A DNA stretch of 64,000 bases, from IMG/VR virus record IMGVR_UViG_3300031760_000002, positions 32,001 through 96,000 of that record; one strand, 5' to 3'. The stretch comes from a virus. Lineage: Duplodnaviria; Caudoviricetes. The position numbers and the translations under genes were made by a program. The notes below the pieces were generated by a model. The model worked only from the letters and a program-made list of their open reading frames with translations, searched no databases and was not told the DNA's origin. How positions within the stretch are numbered: position 1 is the stretch's first letter; each line of letters opens with the position of its first letter. Below, in pieces: positions 24,379 through 38,004 of this stretch.

Positions 24379-26705
24379 GATACATCGGGATAATACCGGC
24401 GGACAGCCTTCCGTCGTCGTCGATCGGAATGAGGGCCATGGAGTTCCAGCGTATCGGGTTCCACAGGACGATAGCGTACACGACGTCGCGGTCTACGCTG
24501 GTACGGCAATACCGCGGCGTTGAAATAGCCAAATCGATCGAAGAGCTATGCAAAATGGTCGCGGACGAGCCGGACGACACGATCGTGTACGTGAACGGCC
24601 ATTGCAAGATGGGCTCTGACATGATAAAGGTGTTCGGGGTCCCGGAGGACAACGAAGTCCGGTGCATAGCCGGCAAGCTGTTCTGCAAAAACACCACTTT
24701 GGGGGACAGCAGCCTGGTCAAGATCCTGGAATACGACCGCAGGAGGAACGTGCCGAGGTACATGAAAGGTGACACCGGTGACATAAGGGTCGATTCCGTC
24801 GATCTCAAGGGCCCCATCTCCATGAAGATAGGCTGCTTCAGGAAAATGCTGTCGCACGGGAAGGACTGGACGAAGACCATAAGCGAACTACAGGATGTGA
24901 TCGACGTGTCCGGGGTGACCATGATATGCATGGACCCGATGAATCACGGCGTAAGATGGCATCCGGGCTTGATACCCGGAAGCAAAAACCCAGTCAACGT
25001 CATAATGCGGGGCAGCTTCAACGAGATCAGCGCAAAAACGCGCGCGTTGCCGCAGAGAATCCCGATCGACCGCGACGAAAAGGGCGTTCCGGCCCTTCCG
25101 GTCCTTCCTGTGGTGTTCCTGACGCATAACAGGACGCGCGTAGCGTGCTATTGCCTCGATGCGCTGTGCAAAAAGCTAAAATACGATGGAAAGATCCACT
25201 ACGTAATCTGCGACGACAGGTCTGAGCCGGGCCACGTCGATTCGCTGGAAAGCGTCCTTCGCGAAAACGGCGTACTGGAATACTCCATCGAACATACGAC
25301 GACCGCGAGGTGGGGGATCGGCGCATCGATGAACAACGGTCTGTCAAGGTCGTTTTCCATGTCGTGCCTCGCGCTGACCACCGAGGACGACTTCCTTCTC
25401 AAAAAGGAGTTCGACATTACCGGAATGGTCAGGACGGCCATGTCCGACGAAGTCGCCGGCATACGCCTTGCCAGCGTATACACGAACAAAGACAGAACGG
25501 GCACGACCCCCACGTCGGTTTCGAACTTCGGATACAGGAACGGCGTCGAGTTCCTGCGGGTTACCGGCGGTACGCGTCCCAACCTGGGGAGCCATTATAC
25601 GTTCAACAACCAGGTCATGCTGCGCAACAGGCGGGTATACGACCTGGTCGGGCTGTACGACGAGAACGTGAGGCCGGAGACAGCCGAAACCAAAATGTGC
25701 AGAAAGTATTCCTTGAAATGCGAAGACGGACGAAAGAGCGGGTACGCGATCCTGTATCCGAACGACCTCCCGCTGAATACGCTCAATAACGGGCTGTTCG
25801 TACATATAGGAAAATCGACGCTGGGGCATAGATGCGACACCGTAAGCGGGTATGAGTGGCTTAACGAGGAACCGGCTCCAAAAGCGTACGTAGCTTCGGC
25901 GCCGAACGGCGGCCAGCTCTGCTTCCACGTCGTGACGCCGTTCTACAACTGTTCTGAAAAACTGGCAAGATGCCTTGGTTCCGTGGCCTCCCAGAAATTT
26001 CCGATGTCGTCCGTGCGAATGACCGTCGTAGACGACGCGTCGGACATCGACGAGTCCAAAAAGGCGGAAGCGCTGTGCTCCAGGTACGACTTCGTCGAAT
26101 TCATAAGGAACGACGTCAGGACGATGGCAGGCGGCGCAAGGAATACGGCCCTGCGATGCGGTCGCGGCAAAAACTGCCTGTATACGGTATTCCTGGACGC
26201 GGACGACGTCCTAATGGACGAATCTTCGTTCAAAAGGCTCTGGTCCGCCATCGAGGTGAACGGCATGCCGGACGTAGTGCTGTGCGGGTTCGTATTCAAC
26301 AAGACCGGCAAGAAACGCATGTTCACTGCGTCCAGCCCATCCGAAATGGCGAAGGAGATGGCAATTGCGCCGTGGATAAGAGTTACGAAGACGGACAAAG
26401 TGGCTGAATTCGTCGAGAACAGGAGGGTGGCCAACGACGTGGTGCAGTTCCTGCGCCAGATCGATGCCGTAGATACCGTCGCAAGCATGGATTCGACGTT
26501 CATACGGTACATGGACGACAACGACCTCAGCGGGTGGAACGGAACGGCCAGGAAGTCCAACGACGCCACCTTCGCGCTGTGCATGGTGGCGCCTGACATC
26601 CTTTCGGAAAACTTCACAAAGCCATACGTCAGGGAGCGCGCGCAAAAATTGATGGTAAACCACGCAAAGCTGGCGCTGGCCAGGCTGGAACGAGTCAATC
26701 TGTAG
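24375..26705 (+). CDS. multidomain glycosyltransferase (two GT-A/GT2 domains)
   Basis: FLTHNR..ICDDRS..TEDDF and VTPFYN..VVDDAS..ARN..FLDADD. Confidence 0.85.
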   Translation: MRYIGIIPADSLPSSSIGMRAMEFQRIGFHRTIAYTTSRSTLVRQYRGVEIAKSIEELCKMVADEPDDTIVYVNGHCKMGSDMIKVFGVPEDNEVRCIAGKLFCKNTTLGDSSLVKILEYDRRRNVPRYMKGDTGDIRVDSVDLKGPISMKIGCFRKMLSHGKDWTKTISELQDVIDVSGVTMICMDPMNHGVRWHPGLIPGSKNPVNVIMRGSFNEISAKTRALPQRIPIDRDEKGVPALPVLPVVFLTHNRTRVACYCLDALCKKLKYDGKIHYVICDDRSEPGHVDSLESVLRENGVLEYSIEHTTTARWGIGASMNNGLSRSFSMSCLALTTEDDFLLKKEFDITGMVRTAMSDEVAGIRLASVYTNKDRTGTTPTSVSNFGYRNGVEFLRVTGGTRPNLGSHYTFNNQVMLRNRRVYDLVGLYDENVRPETAETKMCRKYSLKCEDGRKSGYAILYPNDLPLNTLNNGLFVHIGKSTLGHRCDTVSGYEWLNEEPAPKAYVASAPNGGQLCFHVVTPFYNCSEKLARCLGSVASQKFPMSSVRMTVVDDASDIDESKKAEALCSRYDFVEFIRNDVRTMAGGARNTALRCGRGKNCLYTVFLDADDVLMDESSFKRLWSAIEVNGMPDVVLCGFVFNKTGKKRMFTASSPSEMAKEMAIAPWIRVTKTDKVAEFVENRRVANDVVQFLRQIDAVDTVASMDSTFIRYMDDNDLSGWNGTARKSNDATFALCMVAPDILSENFTKPYVRERAQKLMVNHAKLALARLERVNL

Positions 26706-26726
26706 CAACATACTTACGTAAGCAAA

Positions 26727-27557
26727 ATGAACAAAGAACTGATAGAACAGGCCATAAGGTACACGTCCCGGTACGTCAAAGGCGATTTTGTCAACAAACC
26801 AGTGACGATACAGCAAAAGCTGGCGCACAAGAAAATCTTCGGGGTCACGGACCTGGTCGTGCAGTGCGCCGACAAACTTGGCGTGAAGGAGTACGCCAAG
26901 GACTCTCTCGGGTTCGACCCGTGCCCCAGGACGCTGGAAGTGTACGATTCGCCGGAAGACGTCAGATTGGACCGCCTGCCCGAAAAATTCGTCTTGAAAT
27001 GCAACCACGGGTGCGGCTACAACATCGTGCAGAGCGGATCCGTCCGGCTGGACGAGGCGGCCGTCAGATCGAAGCTTGAAAGATGGCTGTCGACAAACTA
27101 CGCCACGGTCGGATACGAGCTCCAATACGACCTCATACCGAGAAGATGCTACGCCGAGGAGTACGTCGGCGACCTGTCGGGCGTGAAAGACTACAAGGTA
27201 TCGTGCTTCAACGGCACTCCGGTGTTCTGCCAGGTGATATCGGGAAGAGGCACGGACCGGCAGTGCATGAACTACTACGACCGAAAGTTCAACTACCTGA
27301 ACCTGTGCAGGATGGATTTTCCGAACAACCCGTCGGTCATAAACGAAAAGCCGTCGTCGTTCGACCGCATGCTGGAGTACTCCGAAATACTGTCGAGCCC
27401 GTTCGACTATGTACGGTGCGACTTTTACGAAAAAGAAGGAAAGCTGTACCTCGGGGAGCTGACCTTTACGCCCGGAAACGCCAGGATGAGATACAAGGGG
27501 GATCCCGAGACAAGCTATCTTCTGGGCGCAATGCTGCATATACCGGAAAACGAATGA
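26727..27557 (+). CDS. TupA-like ATP-grasp protein
   Basis: CADK..VKEY, FVLKCNHGCGYN, DYKVSCFNG, YVRCDFY, LYLGELTFTP. Confidence 0.9.
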   Translation: MNKELIEQAIRYTSRYVKGDFVNKPVTIQQKLAHKKIFGVTDLVVQCADKLGVKEYAKDSLGFDPCPRTLEVYDSPEDVRLDRLPEKFVLKCNHGCGYNIVQSGSVRLDEAAVRSKLERWLSTNYATVGYELQYDLIPRRCYAEEYVGDLSGVKDYKVSCFNGTPVFCQVISGRGTDRQCMNYYDRKFNYLNLCRMDFPNNPSVINEKPSSFDRMLEYSEILSSPFDYVRCDFYEKEGKLYLGELTFTPGNARMRYKGDPETSYLLGAMLHIPENE

Positions 27558-28324
27558 AAACCCTTCCCGTCTGCATATTCACGCACAACCGGACGGCGTG
27601 CGCCCTGGCCACCGTCGAAGGGCTGTTGACGAATCTCAAGTGTACCGGACGCAAGATCAAGTACATCGTGTGCGACGACCGGTCCGAACCGGGTCACGTC
27701 AATGCGATCGTCGCCAGGTTCAAGATGTCCGGCATAGAGCCTTCCGTGCATCTGAACAACGACGGAAGGATAGGGCTGGGCGCATCGATGAACAAAGGGC
27801 TGGAAGACGCGTTCCAGAGCTCGTACGAATGCCTCAGGCTCGAGGACGACTGGCTCCTGAAGAGGCCGCTGGACCTCGGCAAATGGGCGGACTGCATGGA
27901 TCGGCTGTCGATAGGGTCCATACGCCTGGGGATGATGTTCAGGAAACCGCACGAGCTGGTTCCGTTCAAGAACGGGCTTCTAAGGATGAAACCCGACGCG
28001 AACAGGACGTACAGCTTCAACAACCAAGTCGCGCTGGTGTCGGACCAGATCTACCAGCTTACCGGAAGGTATGTCGAAAACCGCCATCCGCAGGCCACCG
28101 AAAGGGACATGGCCATCAAGTTCAACAAAGCGACCCACAACGGGATGCTGTCACCGTACGTGTGCTGGCCCGCGGGATGGGAGACGATGTCGCACTACGG
28201 AAGCAACATGGCGTTCGACCACATAGGCGTAAGCACGCTCGGGCACAAATACGCGGTGCCCGAGAAGTACGCCAGGATCAACGACCCGGAGTTCGACAGG
28301 AGCATCCGGGAGAAATTCGCCTGA
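27554..28324 (+). CDS. GT2-family glycosyltransferase, paralog of the middle domain of 24375-26705
   Basis: FTHNRT, CDDRSEPGHV, GASMN, LEDDW, FNNQV, HIGVSTLGH shared with the upstream GT. Confidence 0.85.
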   Translation: MKTLPVCIFTHNRTACALATVEGLLTNLKCTGRKIKYIVCDDRSEPGHVNAIVARFKMSGIEPSVHLNNDGRIGLGASMNKGLEDAFQSSYECLRLEDDWLLKRPLDLGKWADCMDRLSIGSIRLGMMFRKPHELVPFKNGLLRMKPDANRTYSFNNQVALVSDQIYQLTGRYVENRHPQATERDMAIKFNKATHNGMLSPYVCWPAGWETMSHYGSNMAFDHIGVSTLGHKYAVPEKYARINDPEFDRSIREKFA

Positions 28325-28329
28325 TAGGT

Positions 28330-28371
28330 AAAAAATGAATTTCGCAGGCGCCCGAAGGCGCCCGCGAAATC
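28330..28371 (-). terminator. terminator hairpin between convergent genes
   Basis: GGCGCC-TTCG-GGCGCC stem with extension and U-tract on the minus strand. Confidence 0.65.
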
Positions 28372-28375
28372 CGGG

Positions 28376-28624
28376 TCATGCCTCGACACCCAGAAGGATG
28401 TTGAGCATGACTCCAGTCGGGATGTTCGGCTTCATCCGCGACTGCCTGACGACGTAGACGGAGCCGGATTCCGTCCACATCTTTAAAAAGTCGTCTTTCC
28501 GGCGAACCTTGACGACGGGCGTGGAATGCCCGTCGTGATGTTCCGTGGGGCTGGGGCCGAACCCATAGAACATCAGGTTGCGGTGGGCGTTGAGCGCCCA
28601 CCAGAAGAGAGTGCGGTCTTTCAT
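28376..28624 (-). CDS. small hypothetical protein, apparently leaderless
   Basis: ATG 5 nt after TATAAT. Confidence 0.6.
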   Translation of the reverse strand: MKDRTLFWWALNAHRNLMFYGFGPSPTEHHDGHSTPVVKVRRKDDFLKMWTESGSVYVVRQSRMKPNIPTGVMLNILLGVEA

Positions 28625-28629
28625 ATATT

Positions 28630-28657
28630 ATTATAACCAGGACAGGACGGAAATTAA
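28630..28657 (-). promoter_or_regulatory. putative phage promoter TTAATT-N16-TATAAT
   Basis: Best match to the recurring motif. Confidence 0.65.
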
Positions 28658-28658
28658 A

Positions 28659-29096
28659 CTAGCTGTTCTTCCTGTACGGGATGTTGTGCAGCGGCGACGT
28701 AGGCTCGTACTCCACGTCGAAATGCCCCTTGAGCTCGGTCTCCGTAACGTTGTCCAGGAAGTCCGTAGCCACCAGCGAGAACGCGTATACGCCGCGCCTC
28801 AGCTCGGAGGACACCTCCTTCGGGATCCTGATGTGGACGAGCCCTTCGACGTTCTCGTCCGGAACGATGCCGCTGTACCACGTACCCGTCCAGAACGGCT
28901 CCTTGATGAACCTGTTCTCCGTGAGGACGAACTCGAGCTTCACGGTGTCAGGCGTGGCCGGTAGGCCGGTAGAAGGGTTCCACACGTCCGCGTCGACAAC
29001 CCAGCTGTCGCCGTTGATCACCTTGATCACAGGCATCCTGTCCTGCTTCAACGACGGATTGACCCCGACGGGTCCGTTTGGCTTCACGTACGGCAT
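28659..29096 (-). CDS. beta-sandwich structural protein (BppU-like)
   Basis: INGDSW..V, HIRIP..S..L..GVYAFSL, LKGHFDV pattern. Confidence 0.6.
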   Translation of the reverse strand: MPYVKPNGPVGVNPSLKQDRMPVIKVINGDSWVVDADVWNPSTGLPATPDTVKLEFVLTENRFIKEPFWTGTWYSGIVPDENVEGLVHIRIPKEVSSELRRGVYAFSLVATDFLDNVTETELKGHFDVEYEPTSPLHNIPYRKNS

Positions 29097-29098
29097 TT

Positions 29099-30082
29099 TT
29101 ACCACCACTTCAGAGATTTCAGCAGCCGTCCGGCCCACGAGACGACCTTCGGCTTCCCAGGCCTCCCAATCGCGTTCTCCGTGTCCCTGGTGAACACGGG
29201 AATGCCCCATCCGGTGAAATCGTCCCTTCCCTCCGGACCGATATCGTAGGAAATGCTCTTCAGATGCACCCTTACGTCCTCCGGCGTGAGCTTGACCCCC
29301 CTGGACTTGTACTCCGATATGATCAGGGCGCATATGCCGGAGATGACAGGGGCCGAGAAAGACGTTCCCGACATCGAGGCGTACCCGTTGTTTTTGTACG
29401 CCATCATCACCTCCACCCCTCCGGCCGAGAACTCGACCTCGGGCCCGTACGACGAGAACTCAGCCTTCCTGAGCCTCCTGTCGACGGCGGCGACGGCTAT
29501 TACCTGCGGAAGGGCGGCGGGCCAGTTCACCCTTCCGTTGTCGTTTCCGGCCGCTGCCACCAAGGTCGCTCCCTTGCCGTAGGCGTACTCGCACGCGCTT
29601 TGCAGGCCCGGATCGCAACCATACACGGCCGGGGTTCCGAACGACATGTTTATGACGTCTGCCCCGACTTCATCGACCGCCCATCTGATCCCTTCGGCTA
29701 TGGCCTTGAGCGATCCGGCCCCGGACTCGTTCAGGACGGCGCCGTAGTAGTCGTCCGCCTCCGGCGCTATGCCTACGATCCCCATTCCGCTGGCCCCCAT
29801 TCCGGCTATCAGGGAACCGGCCCCCGTGCCGTGCCCGTTAAGGTCCTCCAGGTATCCCGGAATGAACGATTTCGCCCCGGTAACTGACAAGTCCCTGTGC
29901 TTCGGCATGCCCGTGTCAAGAACGACGACCCTGACCCCCTTGCCCTTGGTGTGCTTCCACATCTCCGGCACGTTCGTGAGCTCGTGGTTGTAGTCCCGCA
30001 CCTGGCCCAGGATCGAAACGGTATATTCCGGAACCGTGTCCGGAATCATCGGTATCAGCTCGTCGTCCTTGAATCCGCACAT
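29099..30082 (-). CDS. S8 (subtilisin-like) serine protease
   Basis: VLDTG, NGHGT, AAAGND, SGTSFSAP catalytic motifs. Confidence 0.95.
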   Translation of the reverse strand: MCGFKDDELIPMIPDTVPEYTVSILGQVRDYNHELTNVPEMWKHTKGKGVRVVVLDTGMPKHRDLSVTGAKSFIPGYLEDLNGHGTGAGSLIAGMGASGMGIVGIAPEADDYYGAVLNESGAGSLKAIAEGIRWAVDEVGADVINMSFGTPAVYGCDPGLQSACEYAYGKGATLVAAAGNDNGRVNWPAALPQVIAVAAVDRRLRKAEFSSYGPEVEFSAGGVEVMMAYKNNGYASMSGTSFSAPVISGICALIISEYKSRGVKLTPEDVRVHLKSISYDIGPEGRDDFTGWGIPVFTRDTENAIGRPGKPKVVSWAGRLLKSLKWW

Positions 30083-30083
30083 G

Positions 30084-30397
30084 CTACACTTCCTTCATGA
30101 CGACCTTGCCGGACGATTTGTCGACGGCCCTCACAAGGAGTCTCGGAACCCCGTAATAGGCCTTGAGCTTACGGAGCGAAGCATCCGGAAGGCTGTTCAT
30201 GATCGACAGGAAGTCGGAAGACAGAGACGCCGCTATACGACGCTTCTTGCAAGGCTTGCACCCGGGCCCAAGGTCCGTATGCATGGACTCCATCTTCCTC
30301 TTGATGGCGGAAAACTCCGGCATCATGGTGAAAAAGTTGCTGTCGGCTATCGCCTTGGTTATATGGGACGACGACAGGATCGTCGGTTTCTCGTTGT

Positions 30398-30401
<4 letters not shown>
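30084..30401 (-). CDS. hypothetical protein (CxxC)
   Basis: Coupled in operon; GCKPC. Confidence 0.7.
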
Positions 30402-33636
<3,235 letters not shown>

Positions 33637-33647
<11 letters not shown>

Positions 33648-34653
33648 TTGAAAGCCCCGGTATGCTTATTTTTATCCCGTTTCCGATCTGAACGGGTCTC
33701 TTCAGCATCTTGCTGGCCTCGTTCACCATGGCGTCTGCGTCCATTTCGGGAAGTATCCTCGGGCTGCTGACCGACATCCTTCCTTCCACCGGTACGACAT
33801 GGACCGAGTTCTTCAAGCCTAGTATATCCTCCGCCACGAGGTTTATGTCCCCGACCTGGGAGGGGCACATCCATATCTCCTCCAGCTTGAACGGGGGAGG
33901 GACGGACGGGCACGGGGGTTCGTCGTTGCTGTCGTCGCATGTATCTACGACCGTCGAAACAGCGTCCTCCTGGTGCGCCTGCCAGCATACGTCCTCCCTG
34001 TCCATCGTAGGGGTCGTAAGCAGCACCGTGTCTTCGCTTTGTTCGCTTATGTCGAACACGGTCCTTCCGACCGCCACGAACAGGAGCTGCCTGACATACA
34101 GGGTGTCCGTCGGAAGCTCGTCGTTCTGCACGTCGAACGACAGCTCGGGCCCGGTATCCTTGTTCTCCAGAACGGGCGTAATGCATCCGTCTCCTACGAA
34201 TTCAACGAATTTCCTCGTGGTCCTGGACCCGTTTCCGACGTCGAACGAATGCACTCCCGGGTGCACGATGACGGAAACGGCGGACGACGCGAATTCGACG
34301 CCGTCGAACTCCCGAACCCGCATCGCCGAAGCCTCCCTGCCCCAACCCGGTCCGCATACCAGCGTACCGGCATGCCTTCCGAGCCCGTCATACAGCTCGA
34401 CCGATCCTCCGGAGAACGACCCGGAAATCGTTCCGTCTCCGACGGATATCTCGACGAGGCCGCCTTTGGAAAAATCCAGCAGCTTCAGAAGGGGGACGGC
34501 ATAGGAATCGACCACCGGATACAGGAATGCGTCGACGAACACGTCAGTTGCAAGCGCCGACGCGTCCCTGTCCTCCATGGACGCGGTCTCCGAGAACGGA
34601 TAGTTCCTGTACGAATTCTCGTTCTCGAACTCCTGGTATCTCTCGGATGTCAT
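33637..34653 (-). CDS. baseplate/fibre-associated paralog (EFENENSYRNYPF)
   Basis: AAGGAGG RBS before MTSERYQ; shared motif. Confidence 0.7.
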
Positions 34654-35372
34654 TCTACCTCCTTGAGTTCGGACTCGTCGTGAAGAAACACGACCGCTAT
34701 CCTGCCAAGTTCGTCCGGAACGACCCCGTTTATGTTCTTTATGGGCGGAGACATGGTCTTTGGGCCCGCGTCTACGTCGTAGCATGGGGACGGAACATGG
34801 CCCCTGATCGACGGGCCCGCCTCGAACACGACCTGGGAATTGTCCCCGTCCTCGTGCATCGAAATCGATATGCCGTCCGGAAAATCGAATCCGACTATGC
34901 CGGACGCCTCCTCCCCGGTCTCCACCTTTACGAATTTCTCAAGCCTTCCCACAACCGGCCTTGCAACGGCGGACTCGGACAGCGGGAGTCCAAGCCTGTA
35001 AGTCCGTTTCATTCCGAAATCGACGTTTCCGAACGTAACCATGCCGGATACGCCGGGCATTACCGATTCCATGGCGACGGGGGTGAAAGGCTCGTACCTG
35101 TCTTTCAGCACGTTGCAGTACAATGCCGGCTCCCCTCCAACCAGGATGAAAACAGACGCCATGGACGGGCCTATGTGCATTGATCCGACGGACACCTTGG
35201 CGTCCGACGGCGCCACCGACGACGGAACCACAACGAACGCGTCGACTATCGTGTCCCGCGGAAACCCGTCCGGAAGCGAATCGTCGGCGAACGGAAACGA
35301 CCTGTTGGCGTTTCCGCTCTCCCACTGTTCGGTCTCCACCGAATTACCGACAAGCCAGTTTGGCTGCATCAT
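34650..35372 (-). CDS. baseplate/fibre-associated paralog (QWESGNANRSFPF)
   Basis: AGGAG RBS; shared motif; INGVVPD..GRI. Confidence 0.7.
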   Translation of the reverse strand: MMQPNWLVGNSVETEQWESGNANRSFPFADDSLPDGFPRDTIVDAFVVVPSSVAPSDAKVSVGSMHIGPSMASVFILVGGEPALYCNVLKDRYEPFTPVAMESVMPGVSGMVTFGNVDFGMKRTYRLGLPLSESAVARPVVGRLEKFVKVETGEEASGIVGFDFPDGISISMHEDGDNSQVVFEAGPSIRGHVPSPCYDVDAGPKTMSPPIKNINGVVPDELGRIAVVFLHDESELKEVE

Positions 35373-37066
35373 GTCTCCTGCCTTACCGTTAGGTCCCTTC
35401 GAAGAGATTTCGTAGTCCAGCATTTGCCGTCTTCGTCCGGCAATATCTTCGGCATGTCATCTCCGCCGGAGTAGTCTCCGTCGTTGCTGTCCAGCGACAG
35501 GTCGACCTCGGGCTCCACGAAATTGTATTCCGGCAGGAAGTCGCCGAAATGCGCCGTGTAGTCAGCGTCGTTTGAATCGTTAGAATCGACGTCGAAAGCG
35601 GTATGCCAGTAAAGATCGTTGCTGAAGTCGTTGCTGTAGTCCGGGAAATCGCCACCGCCACCTTCCGGGCACTCTATCTCCTCCCTCCACGAGAAAATGA
35701 CGAAACCTTCAACCATGCACTCCTTGGACGGTGTTGTCGTCTTCCCCCTGGCACCGTACAGCCGTATCGTAACGCCGGATCCGGCCGGTACCGGTATGTT
35801 GTCCTTTACGAAGACGCCATCGCATTCTATGACGCGGTTGTTCACGCGGGTCCATGTGCTTCCGGCCCCGTTCGGCTCCAGTATATTCGCCATTACGATC
35901 TTCTGCGGGCTCATCTTGGCGACGACAAGCGCCTCGACGTCCTTCGCGGACATATTCTTTAGCGACACCACCGCCTGCGAACGATCGATCGATCCACTTA
36001 TCTGCTGGGAAAGCGGCTTCGAACTGAGACCCATGTTCTGGCTGTGCGCGTCGCCATGGTCGTATCCCTGCCCCATGATGACGATGCGCGCAACGAGCTC
36101 CTCCGGCTTCAGATGCTTCAGCCTCTCGTTGAACATCTCCGCCTGCCCGTTGTACGTGTATGCGCTGTCAATCAGGTCGTTATACGACGCTACGACGTCC
36201 TTGCTCTGCGACGCGAGCCTGTTGTTTATCTCCATGAACGCGTCGCACTGGCAGCATGCCGTGCACCTGCCGTTCAAAAGTATGTGCACGTTCTTTATAT
36301 AAGCTTGCGAAGCGTCTTTATGAAGCACCTGGTATACCCTGTGCTCATCCGGCGATATCTGGTAGCATTGGTCGGACTCGAACACCACGTTTCCGTCCTC
36401 GTCGGGCCTCATGGATCCCCTGTTCGGAACGATGTCGTTGCTGCAATCCTCGTCGCACGGCACCGTACCGAGGCCCAGACCCGGACCCGCCGCCACGACT
36501 ATGCCGTCCACGTCGTCCATGCCCGGCCTTACCGGTATGTACGACGCCATTCCCAGATCGTCTCCGACATAGGTGTTGTATCCGGCAAGTATCTTCACGT
36601 CACCCGTTATTCCAGCGTCCGTAAGGATATCCACGGACGACCCCGGATCATGGTTGTACAGCGATATGCTGGTGACTCGTTCCGGCTCGATCGAGCAGGC
36701 CGCCGGGTCCATCCTGTACGGACCGGCGAACGTCCTACCGGCCATCTCCCTCACGTGGTGGTTCTCCACAACGAAGAAGCACCACGACGACTTGGCGACG
36801 GAATAGACGGAATCCGACAGTGGCACGTCGAAATCGACGCTTGACGCCACCTTTCCGTCCTTTCCCACCTTCAATGCGGAAAACCTTATCGACGATACGC
36901 TGGGCTCTATGCTGCCTATGCACACGCGGAGGCCGTCCTCGTTGCGGTACAGCGTGGCAGAACCGTCGGCGAACATGCGCGCCGCGTCCCTGTCCAGCCC
37001 CGGGTCATCGCCGTCCAACGGCCATGCCGTATTGGTGTTAGACGTAAGGTATCCCACATTCGTCAT
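35369..37066 (-). CDS. baseplate/fibre-associated paralog (GYLTSNTNTAWPL) with CTACCQC and coiled coil
   Basis: Degenerate shared motif; Cys cluster as in 37074-38003. Confidence 0.7.
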   Translation of the reverse strand: MTNVGYLTSNTNTAWPLDGDDPGLDRDAARMFADGSATLYRNEDGLRVCIGSIEPSVSSIRFSALKVGKDGKVASSVDFDVPLSDSVYSVAKSSWCFFVVENHHVREMAGRTFAGPYRMDPAACSIEPERVTSISLYNHDPGSSVDILTDAGITGDVKILAGYNTYVGDDLGMASYIPVRPGMDDVDGIVVAAGPGLGLGTVPCDEDCSNDIVPNRGSMRPDEDGNVVFESDQCYQISPDEHRVYQVLHKDASQAYIKNVHILLNGRCTACCQCDAFMEINNRLASQSKDVVASYNDLIDSAYTYNGQAEMFNERLKHLKPEELVARIVIMGQGYDHGDAHSQNMGLSSKPLSQQISGSIDRSQAVVSLKNMSAKDVEALVVAKMSPQKIVMANILEPNGAGSTWTRVNNRVIECDGVFVKDNIPVPAGSGVTIRLYGARGKTTTPSKECMVEGFVIFSWREEIECPEGGGGDFPDYSNDFSNDLYWHTAFDVDSNDSNDADYTAHFGDFLPEYNFVEPEVDLSLDSNDGDYSGGDDMPKILPDEDGKCWTTKSLRRDLTVRQET

Positions 37067-37073
37067 GCGACAC

Positions 37074-38003
37074 CTATACCCGCTCGACCTTGCCATTGTC
37101 GGACAGCAGCACGTTCATCGTGAACTCGCTGATCCTCTGGCTCAGGCTTTCTGCAAACGCTGAAAGCCTCATCTGGGAAGTCGTTATCTCGTTTGTCTTC
37201 TGGTTGAGGAAGGTGAGCTCCGCGCATCCGCAGCACGGCTTGGAGCAGTTGTCCGATATCTTTATGCGGCCGTCGGACGTCTCGACCTCGACGCATTCCC
37301 CGTCGCCTTCTATTATCACGTCCTGCACGCTTATACCGTTCACCGTTTTGACCACGTTTCGGTTGTCCTGCATGTTGCATTCGCACTTCTCGTTGTAGTC
37401 GTAATCGGACCTGGCGTGTATTATGATGGCGTTGTGCGGCTCGTCGAACTCCAGCCGCACGTTCCTGCCGGCTACGAGGGCCACGTCGCCCCTGAACCTC
37501 TTCGACTCGAAGGACCCGACCGCGTTCGTGACGTATAGACCGCTTACGCACGGTACGGTAGGCCTTATGCACCGCGCCTCGAACAAGGTCTCCGACGGGT
37601 TGAACGAATAAATTCCGTCCGGAAGCTCGTCGGACGACTTGTACAGGTTCCCGAATACGACCGTCCCCCTGATGTCGTCGTGCCTTCCGGTTCCGAAGAA
37701 ATTTACTGGCACGTAGTCGTCGTCGGATACCGCCGTAGACGCCGTTGCAACCGGCTCAAGGGTGTCCGCGTCCGAGAATACGGCCGTAACGACCCCGTTG
37801 ATCGACGTAAGGCCGCTCAGGAACACGGACGGAGGCGAATCGTAGCTGGTGGTGGCCATCGTCATGTCAAGGAACATGCCGTTTGGTATACGGTAGTCGC
37901 TGGACAGCACCCCGTCGATCACGGGGCGCATCTGCATGTCCTCGCAAAACGGGTATGCCCTCTGCGAGTTCTGGTTGAGCCACTCTGCGTTTATCGTCGG
38001 CAT
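37074..38003 (-). CDS. baseplate/fibre-associated paralog (EWLNQNSQRAYPF) with CSKPCCGC
   Basis: Shared motif; KTVNGI fibre-type motif. Confidence 0.7.
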   Translation of the reverse strand: MPTINAEWLNQNSQRAYPFCEDMQMRPVIDGVLSSDYRIPNGMFLDMTMATTSYDSPPSVFLSGLTSINGVVTAVFSDADTLEPVATASTAVSDDDYVPVNFFGTGRHDDIRGTVVFGNLYKSSDELPDGIYSFNPSETLFEARCIRPTVPCVSGLYVTNAVGSFESKRFRGDVALVAGRNVRLEFDEPHNAIIIHARSDYDYNEKCECNMQDNRNVVKTVNGISVQDVIIEGDGECVEVETSDGRIKISDNCSKPCCGCAELTFLNQKTNEITTSQMRLSAFAESLSQRISEFTMNVLLSDNGKVERV

Positions 38004-38004
38004 G

